This document shows, one piece after another, positions 16,145 through 24,105 of a stretch of DNA of 24,105 nucleotides; the stretch's first letter is position 1; each line of letters opens with the position of its first letter. The notes below the pieces were generated by a model. The model was not told the origin of the DNA, did no database searches, and saw only the letters and a list, made by a program, of their open reading frames with translations. The stretch is from Nitrososphaerota archaeon (GTDB lineage: Archaea; Thermoproteota; Nitrososphaeria; Nitrososphaerales; JAPUIC01), in the NCBI GenBank assembly GCA_027297425.1, contig JAPUIC010000103.1:1-24105 (forward strand), written 5' to 3'. Both the position numbers and the translations under genes were made by a program.

Positions 16145-16702
16145 CTAGGAACTAGAGATCAGAAATGCGTGGGGAAGCTCGGGCAATAGAAGACTCAAAG
16201 CCGTTCGCACGCCATCTGGCGATCCAGGTAAGCAAAAAACCAGTTTACCTTTGTCAAGAGTTCCACCGATTGCTCTAGTGAGTAAAGCTGGAGACCCGAT
16301 TTTGCGGTAAGTGATGCCCCTAAAGATCTCCCCAAAGCCTTCAATTTCCTTAGTTATCAAGGGTTTTACCGCTTCGATAGTAACATCCCTTTCAGAGATT
16401 CCAGTTCCACCCATTATTAACACAACATCGGCCTTCTCTTCAAGGATGGCCTTGAGTAGTTCTAGACGTATGGACCATAGATCGTCATTGAGTAACTTCC
16501 TGGTTGTTCGTTCATGACCTGCGCGTTTGATCATTTGTTCTGCTATATCTCCTGACTCATCCGTGAGTTCGTCGCGCTTCTCCTTTTGTTGGAAAAATTT
16601 AGACGTACTAACCGTTAGTAAACCGATCTTCAGTTTTTGTGGGGCTCTCTTTCTATGTTCTTCATGAGCCTTAACTCTTATCTTTCTGTCTCGATTAGCC
16701 AT
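16145..16702 (-). CDS. moaB: molybdenum cofactor biosynthesis protein MoaB (MogA/MoaB family)
   Basis: HEEHRKRAP..KIGLLTVS, GGTGISERD, and LPGSP near the C-terminus. The start overlaps the moaC stop by 8 nt. Confidence 0.88.
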   Translation of the reverse strand: MANRDRKIRVKAHEEHRKRAPQKLKIGLLTVSTSKFFQQKEKRDELTDESGDIAEQMIKRAGHERTTRKLLNDDLWSIRLELLKAILEEKADVVLIMGGTGISERDVTIEAVKPLITKEIEGFGEIFRGITYRKIGSPALLTRAIGGTLDKGKLVFCLPGSPDGVRTALSLLLPELPHAFLISSS

Positions 16703-17141
16703 CTTTGCCTTTCACCTTGCTTACCACCGACACATCATATATCTTAGTAGTTGGGTACTGACCATTCTTATCCTTCTCATATTTCTTCACCACATCCCAA
16801 ATATTTAGGAGAGCGGCAGTTACCGCACTCAATGCCTCCATTTCGACGCCGGTCTTCCAATGCGTCCTTACAGAAGCCTTAACCGAGATAGATTCTTTCT
16901 TAACTTGAAATTCTAATTTAACGTTCTCTATAGGAATTGGATGACATAGTGGCATGATCGTTGGGGTCAGTTTGGTGGCAGCTATTCCAGCAATGTTCGC
17001 AATATCGACTGGATTACCCTTTTCAATCTTCCCTTTTTTTATCAAACCAATCGTCTTCTGCTGAAGCATAATTGTGCCTTGAGCCGTTGCCTCTCTTAGG
17101 ACAATAGCTTTCCCAGAGATATTTGCCATATTGATCGCCAT
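16695..17141 (-). CDS. moaC: cyclic pyranopterin monophosphate synthase MoaC
   Basis: 148 aa with TGVEMEALSAVTAALLNIWDVVK and LCHPIPI motifs typical of MoaC. Confidence 0.93.
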   Translation of the reverse strand: MAINMANISGKAIVLREATAQGTIMLQQKTIGLIKKGKIEKGNPVDIANIAGIAATKLTPTIMPLCHPIPIENVKLEFQVKKESISVKASVRTHWKTGVEMEALSAVTAALLNIWDVVKKYEKDKNGQYPTTKIYDVSVVSKVKGKDG

Positions 17142-17238
17142 TTTTGATATTCCTCAGATATAGCAGTATGGAGATGGACATAAAGTTTCGCAGGATATAG
17201 TAAAGCTTATTTTCGCTTAGAAATTTGCCAACTCTGTA

Positions 17239-18666
17239 ATGCACGAGTTTTCGAAGCTCTTCGAACCACGTTCTGTAGCGATAATTGGTGCCTCTGCTAC
17301 CCCCGGGAAGGGAGGATACATTATCTTATCGAGTATTATACAACATAAATTCGCCGGGAAGATCTATCCAGTAAATACAAAGGAAAGTGAGATCCTCGGA
17401 TTAAAGGCCTATCCCAATCTCAAAAAGATCCCAGGAGAGGTCGATCTGGTAATAGTCTGTGTCCCTTCACTATACGTCAAAGATGTGCTCAAAGAATGTA
17501 TCGTAAAAAAGGTTAGTATTGCACTTCTGATTACAGCGGGATTTGCTGACGCCGGCGAAGAAGGCGAAAAAATCCAGAAGGAGATCACTGCCATAGCAAA
17601 GAAAGGTGGTTTACGTCTCATCGGTCCTAACTCTATCGGCATTGCCAATCCCTTCAATGGGCTTGTAGCCTCCCTCGTGCCATTTCCGACATGGAAGAAA
17701 GGCACTATTGCATTCGCAGCCCAGAGTGGGGTCTTGGCCGGCTCGATTACTCAATATGCGATGGAAGAGGAAGATTTTGGTTGTGGAAAAACTATTGGGT
17801 TGGGTAATAGTGCAGATCTAGATAGTGTAGATATGATCGATTACTTCCTGGATGATAAGAAGACTAGTACACTTGGTCTCTATATAGAGACCATACGTGA
17901 TGTTGATAGATTAATCAAGGCAGCTTCCAAGTTTGCAAGAAAGAAGCCGCTTGTAATGGCAAAGTCGGGAAGTACCGGTAGGGGCGCCTTCGCAGCATCT
18001 TGCCATACGGGAAGCAAACGTGTTAATGAGAGGCTGGTCAAAAAGGTGTTTAAGCTCAGCGGAGCTGTCCGTGCGTCTGGATGGACTGAGCTTTTCGACT
18101 TCACCAAGACCTTCGACCGTGAGCCATTACCAAAGGGTCCCAGAGTAGGCATAATGACATTGAGTGGTGCGTCTGGAGTATTGGCTACCGATGCCGTAGT
18201 AAAAAGCAAACTGGTTATGGCGCCTTTAACAGCGAAGACGGAGAAGATAATCAAGGACAAAGTGTATCTCTCCTGGCAGAAATTTAACCATCTAGCACCT
18301 ATCGATATTTGGGCCTCATTACTCGGTAAAGACGCGGAGTTCGTCCAAGAGACTACACTCAAGACCCTTATGAGAGATGAAACTGTAGATAGTGTACTTG
18401 CGGTACTGCTAGCCGTCGGCCCCGCAGTATTCGATCCGAAGAGGGTCTTTTCTGAAGCGAGAGCTATCGATCCAGAAAAGCCACTAGTTGCCGCGGTCCT
18501 TGGAGATGCCGGCCTTACTCGTGACTGGCTACATAGACTGGATGAGGCTAACATTACTGCTTTTGGTACACTTGCAGCTACCGAGCGCGCTGTCCAGGCC
18601 CTTAGCGCACTATACCTTAGGAGACTCTATCTGAATGACGTCTCTAAGGAGATTAGAACTGAATAA
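17239..18666 (+). CDS. ADP-forming acyl-CoA synthetase alpha-subunit-like protein (CoA-binding + succinyl-CoA-ligase-like domains), divergent paralogue
   Basis: PRSVAIIGASATPGKGGY, GLRLIGPNSIG, AFAAQSG. The phospho-His region reads GAFAASCHTGSKRV (His at 18004-18006), which deviates from the canonical AASHTGSLAG. Confidence 0.75.
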   Translation: MHEFSKLFEPRSVAIIGASATPGKGGYIILSSIIQHKFAGKIYPVNTKESEILGLKAYPNLKKIPGEVDLVIVCVPSLYVKDVLKECIVKKVSIALLITAGFADAGEEGEKIQKEITAIAKKGGLRLIGPNSIGIANPFNGLVASLVPFPTWKKGTIAFAAQSGVLAGSITQYAMEEEDFGCGKTIGLGNSADLDSVDMIDYFLDDKKTSTLGLYIETIRDVDRLIKAASKFARKKPLVMAKSGSTGRGAFAASCHTGSKRVNERLVKKVFKLSGAVRASGWTELFDFTKTFDREPLPKGPRVGIMTLSGASGVLATDAVVKSKLVMAPLTAKTEKIIKDKVYLSWQKFNHLAPIDIWASLLGKDAEFVQETTLKTLMRDETVDSVLAVLLAVGPAVFDPKRVFSEARAIDPEKPLVAAVLGDAGLTRDWLHRLDEANITAFGTLAATERAVQALSALYLRRLYLNDVSKEIRTE

Positions 18667-18667
18667 T

Positions 18668-19147
18668 CTAGTCCGATTCTGCACCGGGAGATGACAATAT
18701 AGGATTGTCCTGGGCAATCTCTTCACCCTCTGACTCAGTACTCTTGGATCCAGCAGGTGCTAACGGTCCTTTCGTGAGTTCATTCAAGTAGTCAATGCTC
18801 AGAACCCTTGCTTCCACAAGATTAACCAATGAGTTAGTAGAAGCCTCTCCGGTTACCTTTCCCATCAGATTATTCAACTGTCTCCACTTCAATTTAGTGT
18901 TCCCACTCTTTGACACGTAAATCACGCCTAGCACATCTCTGGCATTAATGAAAGTGATATCACGTTCTTGTTTCAAAGTATCTTTGTCGACGGCCTCGAT
19001 ATATATGGAGCCTTTATCCTCACTCTCCTTTTCTGGAAATACTTCTTCGTCGAAAAAATAGCTCTCAGGCATGAAAGACCTACATGTACTGTAGATTAGG
19101 AATCGACGAAAACTCTCAATATGAGCAGATGTTTCTATATTTACCAC
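18668..19147 (-). CDS. hypothetical protein with acidic/low-complexity C-terminal tail
   Basis: 159-aa ORF with a GTG start and a TATA-like element 31-39 nt upstream. No motif recognised. The tail is GSKSTESEGEEIAQDNPILSSPGAESD. Confidence 0.45.
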   Translation of the reverse strand: MVNIETSAHIESFRRFLIYSTCRSFMPESYFFDEEVFPEKESEDKGSIYIEAVDKDTLKQERDITFINARDVLGVIYVSKSGNTKLKWRQLNNLMGKVTGEASTNSLVNLVEARVLSIDYLNELTKGPLAPAGSKSTESEGEEIAQDNPILSSPGAESD

Positions 19148-19177
19148 GGTGATCCAACCAGTCCTACTAGCTTGGCA

Positions 19178-19186
19178 CCTATAATG
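19178..19186 (-). promoter_or_regulatory. TATA-box-like element for the 159-aa hypothetical gene
   Basis: Minus-strand CATTATAGG lies 31-39 nt upstream of the GTG at 19147. Confidence 0.35.
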
Positions 19187-19326
19187 TTTTTGGATGGGTA
19201 CCAGTCAGGGTATCATGGCGAGCGAATGACCGGAAAAAGCCTTTCTGATCAGTGACGAGGATCTTGAGTTGGGACGTTTGCCTTGATCTTTAATCTTGTA
19301 TTAGATAATTATTAGGCTTGATAACT

Positions 19327-19335
19327 GTTTTATAG
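19327..19335 (+). promoter_or_regulatory. TATA-box-like element for the second acyl-CoA synthetase alpha-like gene
   Basis: GTTTTATAG lies 26-34 nt upstream of ATG 19361. Confidence 0.4.
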
Positions 19336-19360
19336 TTCGTCCCAAAGGTGACCCTGAATA

Positions 19361-20776
19361 ATGGAACCTTCGACAGTCGATCTAAGAGCGTTAATGGAAC
19401 CATCTTCCGTGGCCGTAGTAGGTGCTTCATCGACTCCAGGTAAGACTGGATACATTATCCTAAAAGGTATGATGGATCATGGTTACAAAGGACGTATCTA
19501 TCCGATTAACCCAAAAGAGTCCGAAATTTTAGGCTTAAGAGCGTTCCAAAACGTCAATGCAATTTCAGACCCTGTCGATCTTGTGGTCATAGCTGTTCCA
19601 TTTAGAGGAGTAAAGGATGTAATCAAAGATTCCGTTGAGAATAGGGCCAAGTTTGGCCTTATTGTTACTGCCGGTTTTAGTGAGATAGGTGACCTCGGCG
19701 CTAATGAGGAGAGAGAGATTACTGAAATAGCCAGAAATGGGGGGATGAGGCTTCTCGGCCCAAATAGCATCGGGATGGTAAACAAGAGTGTCGACCTCGT
19801 TATCAGTATTGTTCCTTTTAAGACATGGAAGAATGGTGGAATATCCGTAGTTGCACAGACCGGTATCTTCGCTGGCGCTTTAGCTGCAAATGTAATTGAT
19901 ACCCAGAACGTAGGGCTAGGGAAAAGTATCGACATCGGTAACAGGTGCGACCTGACGGAACAGCCGTTGCTCGAGTATTTTGCTGAGGATGAACATACCA
20001 ACGTGGTAGGGCTTCATATGGAAGGGATTAGAGAAGGCAGATCATTACTAGAAGCGTCCAAGAAGGTATCATTGAAGAAACCGATAGTGGTTCTAAAAAC
20101 TGGAAGGAGTGAGGTAGGAGCGAAAGCTGCTGCTTCTCATACAGGCTCGTTAGCAGGCGACGATATCGTTGCGGATGCAGCTTTCAGACAGGCTGGACTC
20201 ATCAGAGCTAACACGCTTCAAGAAATGATCGACTGGCTCAAAGTGTTCGACTACCAGCCTACACCTAAAAGTGGTAGAGTTGGAATAGTGACCCTCAGTG
20301 GTGCGCTAGGTGTGATCGCCAGTGATATGGCTTCCAATGTTGGAATGAAGCTAGCTGAAATCGAGGATAGCACCAAAAATGAGATACAGAAAGAGATCAT
20401 GCCCGCATGGCCGGTCAGGAACCCGGCTGACATTTGGGTCTCATTAGGGCTTGAGCCCGAAAGGTCCCACCGCATAGCATTAAAGAAGATGATTGAAGAC
20501 CCCAACGTGGACAGTCTGATAGTTCTTCTTCTTGCACTCCAGCCAGCTAGGTGCGATATGGCCAAGGTCTTCAAAGAGGCAGTTGACGCTGCCCCAAGCA
20601 AACCGATAGTTGCAGGCATGATGGGAGCCAAAGAGATAGAACAAGAGTGGTTTGATGCACTTGAGGGAATAGGGATACCTTCGTATAAGGGCTCAGATTG
20701 TGCAGAGAGAGCGACAAGCGCGATGGGTGCATTGACGACATACGGTAGTATTCTTCAATCTAAGCGGCAGAGCTAG
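19361..20776 (+). CDS. ADP-forming acetyl/acyl-CoA synthetase alpha subunit
   Basis: PSSVAVVGASSTPGKTGY, GMRLLGPNSIG, SVVAQTG, and the canonical phospho-His motif GAKAAASHTGSLAGDD (His at 20138-20140). Confidence 0.8.
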   Translation: MEPSTVDLRALMEPSSVAVVGASSTPGKTGYIILKGMMDHGYKGRIYPINPKESEILGLRAFQNVNAISDPVDLVVIAVPFRGVKDVIKDSVENRAKFGLIVTAGFSEIGDLGANEEREITEIARNGGMRLLGPNSIGMVNKSVDLVISIVPFKTWKNGGISVVAQTGIFAGALAANVIDTQNVGLGKSIDIGNRCDLTEQPLLEYFAEDEHTNVVGLHMEGIREGRSLLEASKKVSLKKPIVVLKTGRSEVGAKAAASHTGSLAGDDIVADAAFRQAGLIRANTLQEMIDWLKVFDYQPTPKSGRVGIVTLSGALGVIASDMASNVGMKLAEIEDSTKNEIQKEIMPAWPVRNPADIWVSLGLEPERSHRIALKKMIEDPNVDSLIVLLLALQPARCDMAKVFKEAVDAAPSKPIVAGMMGAKEIEQEWFDALEGIGIPSYKGSDCAERATSAMGALTTYGSILQSKRQS

Positions 20777-20808
20777 ATCTTCCTTCAAAATTTGTCAATT
20801 GAGAGAAC

Positions 20809-21972
20809 ATGAGGATCCGAAGACGTAATGTTATCGCACTGATGATCGCAGCGTCCATAGCAGCGATCCCAGTGTATCTCGGCGCTAGGAACCTTCAATC
20901 TAACCCAGTAACTGCTCAAAGAGAAGTACAGTTAGCCCCTAAAGAGAAGGAGATGACAATAGATACCATAGTAGAAGGAGTTGAGATTCCGTGGTCGATG
21001 GCCTTTGCCCCTGACGGCCGGATCTTCTTTACCGAGCGTAGGGGTAGGTTAAGAGTTGTAGAAGATGGAATGCTTATTGCAACCCCGTTTGCCACGCCGG
21101 ACGTTTCAGCTATCGGAGAAGGCGGGCTCCTAGGAGTAGCATTAGACCCCCAATTTGACGAGAATAGTCTAGTTTTCGCCTATCATACCTATAGCGAGGG
21201 TAGGAAGATCTTCAATAGAATCGTCCGATTCAAGGCTGTAGGGAACAAGGGTGTTGAGCAACGCACGATAATTGACCAGATTCCTGGAGGTAGAAATCAT
21301 AACGGTGGGCGTATAAAATTTGGACCAGATGGGAAACTCTATGTCGGGACTGGTGAGGTAGGCCGGCGTGAATTGGCACAAGATCTTAGCTCTCTCGGAG
21401 GAAAGATCCTGCGGATCAATCCTGATGGCTCGGTTCCAGAGGACAATCCATATCCAAACTCTCCGGTCTTCTCATTTGGTCATAGGAATCCACAGGGGTT
21501 AGATTGGCATCCCGAAAATATGAAGCTTTATTCTGCAGAGCATGGTCCTTCTGGTGAAGATGGTCAATTTGCTCACGATGAGATCAATATCATCGAGCCT
21601 AAAAATAACTATGGCTGGCCTCAACAAGTTGGAAAAGGTGGAGATGATTCTTTTACAGACCCGCTAGTCGATACTGGGAGCGAGACCTGGGCACCGTCGG
21701 GAATTGCTTTTTACAGAGGCGTAAACCCAGAATCCTGGCGAAACAACCTGTTTGTGGCTACTCTCAGAGGGAGTCATATCCACAGGCTGGTACTCGATGA
21801 GACAGGGAATAGTATCATCAGGCAAGAAAAGCTCTTCCAAGGAACTTATGGTAGGATAAGAGCCATGGTAAGCGGACCGGACGGTGCATTATATTTCTCT
21901 ACAAGTAACAGAGATGGTAGGGGACGACCTGCTGAGAATGACGATAGGATACTAAGGTTACGTTTTAGCTAA
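20809..21972 (+). CDS. PQQ-dependent (soluble glucose/sorbosone dehydrogenase-type) sugar dehydrogenase, membrane-anchored or exported
   Basis: N-terminal hydrophobic segment VIALMIAASIAAIPVYLGA. Beta-propeller motifs: PWSMAFAPDGRIFFTERRGRLRVV, HNGGRIKFGPDGKLYV, GHRNPQGLDWHP, PSGIAF. Confidence 0.85.
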   Translation: MRIRRRNVIALMIAASIAAIPVYLGARNLQSNPVTAQREVQLAPKEKEMTIDTIVEGVEIPWSMAFAPDGRIFFTERRGRLRVVEDGMLIATPFATPDVSAIGEGGLLGVALDPQFDENSLVFAYHTYSEGRKIFNRIVRFKAVGNKGVEQRTIIDQIPGGRNHNGGRIKFGPDGKLYVGTGEVGRRELAQDLSSLGGKILRINPDGSVPEDNPYPNSPVFSFGHRNPQGLDWHPENMKLYSAEHGPSGEDGQFAHDEINIIEPKNNYGWPQQVGKGGDDSFTDPLVDTGSETWAPSGIAFYRGVNPESWRNNLFVATLRGSHIHRLVLDETGNSIIRQEKLFQGTYGRIRAMVSGPDGALYFSTSNRDGRGRPAENDDRILRLRFS

Positions 21973-23087
21973 CCTTTAGTTTGGCCCTTCCTCTTCGCAA
22001 AGTGCTGGATATCGAAACCTCTTTGCGTTAGCCACTGAAGGCTTTCTCCACTAATAACTAGAGGGGCATTTTTTAGACCGCTAAGATCTTTGGAGCCGGT
22101 CAGAAAGACCGCGGTTCTTAGCTCCTCGATGGTTTGTGTCAGCTTTTCTTCAAGAGGTTCAATTCCATTAACAGCCGCTTCTAGTGCGGGCCTCGCAAAA
22201 CCTGCAACATCCGCCCCGAGGGCTAGGCTTTTAGCTACATGTAGTCCATTTCTGACCCCTCCAGAGGCGATGAGCTTAACCTTTGTAGATGCTCCAACCT
22301 CAACAATACAAGCTACGGTTGGAATGCCCCAGTCCCAGAACGTTTCACCCAAACGCATCTGCAGCCTGCTGTTCTTCTCCTTGGCCCTATAATATTCAAC
22401 CCCAGACCAAGTTGTGCCTCCTACTCCAGAAACATCGATTCCACTCACACCAGCTTTCTCTAGAGCGATAGCTACTTCCTTACCGATCCCAGCTCCTGTC
22501 TCTTTGGCGAGTACGGGTATCCCTACACTTTGAGCTATGTCTCTTATCTGAACCAGTACACCGAGAAAGTCTGTTTCACCCTCTACCTGTACCGACTCTT
22601 GTAAGGCATTAAGGTGAATGTATATCGCATCTGCATCTATCATCTCGATAGCAGTTTTGACCTCTTTCATCCCGTAGCCACCTATGAGTTGTGGGCAACC
22701 GATGTTTGCAAAGATCAATGCATTAGGAGCATTCTTCCTCACTATTTTGTACGTATATTGGAGCTCCGGCTTCTCTATTGCTGCACGTTGGCTGCCGACA
22801 CCCATCGCCAGACCATTGTTCTCGGCACCTGTAGCTAGGATACCATTGATCTTCTCGGCTACATCAGTCCCACCAGTCATAGATTCTATGATTATAGGAG
22901 CTCTCATCTTCTTCCCAAAGAGATCGATAGAGAGGTCGATTTCAGCCCTATTGACTTCTGGGAGGGCCAGATGAACCATCTGGATATCGTCAAAACCAGA
23001 TGACCTTACCGTGTTCACCTGTTCCTTTGTGGCAATCTCTATATGATCTGCCTTTCGTTTCTCAATCCCCGAGGTCAAAGGTAACAA
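21969..23087 (-). CDS. fni: type-2 isopentenyl-diphosphate delta-isomerase (FMN-dependent)
   Basis: KADHIEI, MRAPIIIESMTGG, VGSQRAA, KETGAG, GGTTW, ASGGVRNG. TTG start. The 3' end overlaps the convergent dehydrogenase gene by 4 nt. Confidence 0.92.
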   Translation of the reverse strand: MLPLTSGIEKRKADHIEIATKEQVNTVRSSGFDDIQMVHLALPEVNRAEIDLSIDLFGKKMRAPIIIESMTGGTDVAEKINGILATGAENNGLAMGVGSQRAAIEKPELQYTYKIVRKNAPNALIFANIGCPQLIGGYGMKEVKTAIEMIDADAIYIHLNALQESVQVEGETDFLGVLVQIRDIAQSVGIPVLAKETGAGIGKEVAIALEKAGVSGIDVSGVGGTTWSGVEYYRAKEKNSRLQMRLGETFWDWGIPTVACIVEVGASTKVKLIASGGVRNGLHVAKSLALGADVAGFARPALEAAVNGIEPLEEKLTQTIEELRTAVFLTGSKDLSGLKNAPLVISGESLQWLTQRGFDIQHFAKRKGQTKG

Positions 23088-23146
23088 GATTACCTCTATT
23101 GGCTAATAAAAAGTCTTCTCGCACAAAATTTTACAAACGGATGGAG

Positions 23147-23159
23147 AAATATATATAAG
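23147..23159 (+). promoter_or_regulatory. TATA-box-like element upstream of the IscA/ErpA gene
   Basis: AAATATATATAAG lies 25-37 nt upstream of ATG 23184. Confidence 0.4.
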
Positions 23160-23183
23160 ACAAAGATTCGTCTAAAAATTGTA

Positions 23184-23543
23184 ATGGCTACTATCAAGCA
23201 GGAAGTACATCAGATTACTTTGACCGAGGCGGCTGCGTTAAAGGTCAAGGGACTAGCAGAGCAGGAAGGAAAGAAGGATTCTTCTCTTCGAGTGTATATC
23301 TCAGGAGGCGGATGTTCCGGATATTCTTATGGGTTAACGTTGGATGAAACTATTTCTTCGAACGATCTCGTGTTTGAAGAGCATGGTGTTAAGGTACTTG
23401 TAGATCCTGAGAGTATGAAGATGCTTAGTGGTTGTGTAGTAGATTATACCGAATCGCTAAATGCGACCGGTTTTACGGTCAACAACCCCAACGCAGAATC
23501 TAGTTGCGGATGCGGACACTCTTTTACTCCCAAAGAAGCATAG
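23184..23543 (+). CDS. iron-sulfur cluster insertion/assembly protein, HesB/IscA/ErpA family
   Basis: 119 aa with LRVYISGGGCSGYSY and the C-terminal SCGCGHSF, the three conserved Cys of A-type carriers. Confidence 0.9.
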   Translation: MATIKQEVHQITLTEAAALKVKGLAEQEGKKDSSLRVYISGGGCSGYSYGLTLDETISSNDLVFEEHGVKVLVDPESMKMLSGCVVDYTESLNATGFTVNNPNAESSCGCGHSFTPKEA

Positions 23544-23580
23544 CATACGGATTCGACAACTAATCCGGATTTCCTGAACA

Positions 23581-24105
23581 CTAGTTAGCCAGGGCTCTAA
23601 GCTTATTCAAATTTCCAACATCGGGACGGCGGTCATCTACTGGCGTCTCAAGTATCAAGGGGAGAGATCTGATCTCCTTCCTTTTCAGTAGGGCATGAAA
23701 GCCCTCTTCTCCGATCTGGCCCAATCCTAAATGTTCATGCCTATCCTTATGCCCTCCTAGTTCACCCTTGGAGTCATTAACATGGACTACCTTCAAATTA
23801 TCGATCCCTACAGTATAATCAAATTTTTCTAAGGTTTCGGTTATCGTCTCATCTGTTCTTAGATCATAACCTGCCGCAAATGCATGACAGGTATCGAAGC
23901 AGACCCCAACCCTCTTGCTATCTATCATGTCCATTATCTCTCTAATTTGGTCGAAGGAGGATCCGACACTATTCTTGCTCCCAGCAGTATTTTCTAAAAG
24001 GATCATAACATCGTTGTCGGCTCTGTCTAATGCCTGTACGCAAATATTGGCCACGTTCCTCATTCCTCGCTCGACTCCAGATCCGAGATGGCTGCCTAGA
24101 TGTGT
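23581..24105 (-). CDS. nfo: endonuclease IV (Nfo), N-terminus beyond the right edge (partial)
   Basis: The frame stays open to the window end (..THLGSHLGSGVERGMRNV..). Motifs: CFDTCHAFAAGYD, HVNDSK, DRHEHLGLGQIG, ILETP. Confidence 0.88.
   Translation of the reverse strand, partial: THLGSHLGSGVERGMRNVANICVQALDRADNDVMILLENTAGSKNSVGSSFDQIREIMDMIDSKRVGVCFDTCHAFAAGYDLRTDETITETLEKFDYTVGIDNLKVVHVNDSKGELGGHKDRHEHLGLGQIGEEGFHALLKRKEIRSLPLILETPVDDRRPDVGNLNKLRALAN

Noticed and set aside
17880-18554. Long antisense ORFs inside well-supported genes (for example 17880..18554-, 19498..20001-, 20251..20631-, 2751..3281-, 11375..11782+, 9734..10141-, 12056..12418-, 1620..1949-, 22090..22392+)
   Set aside because: Each lies fully within a gene with strong family motifs on the opposite strand. 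Their translations are low-complexity (Ser/Pro/Leu/Thr-rich) with no motifs, as is typical of shadow ORFs.

Overview
Archaeal chromosomal window. The hallmarks are the RFC clamp loader, an EndA-family subunit, RtcB, a DGGGP-synthase-type UbiA prenyltransferase, type-2 IPP isomerase and a tRNA with bulge-helix-bulge (BHB) introns. A TACK/Thaumarchaeota-like lineage is plausible but cannot be proven from sequence alone. Most content is housekeeping. There is a split molybdenum-cofactor set (moeA, moaA, mobA on +; moaC-moaB on -) and a 7-deazaguanine/archaeosine pair (queE plus a GATase-QueC fusion). Also present are RtcB plus a COG0523 GTPase, RFC large and small subunits, two ADP-forming acyl-CoA-synthetase alpha-like paralogues, a PQQ-type sugar dehydrogenase, IDI-2, IscA/ErpA and a truncated Nfo. 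There is one RNA gene, tRNA-Gln(UUG), carrying two BHB introns (one non-canonical). I saw no rRNA, CRISPR array, transposase or integrase. The stand-out observation is an mtnA-like (aIF-2B family) gene that the ORF track shows as two pieces. It is actually one continuous frame broken only by a single TGA, which sits in a 21-nt insert inside the catalytic THCNAG motif. The insert folds as a BHB motif, and its predicted cleavage sites remove exactly 21 nt and restore THCNAGALATVGYGTALG. This makes it a candidate archaeal pre-mRNA intron. A histidine-free EndA subunit lies about 0.5 kb from the insert, and RtcB about 1.6 kb. All calls rest on reading the sequence and remembered family motifs; no searches or folding programs were run.
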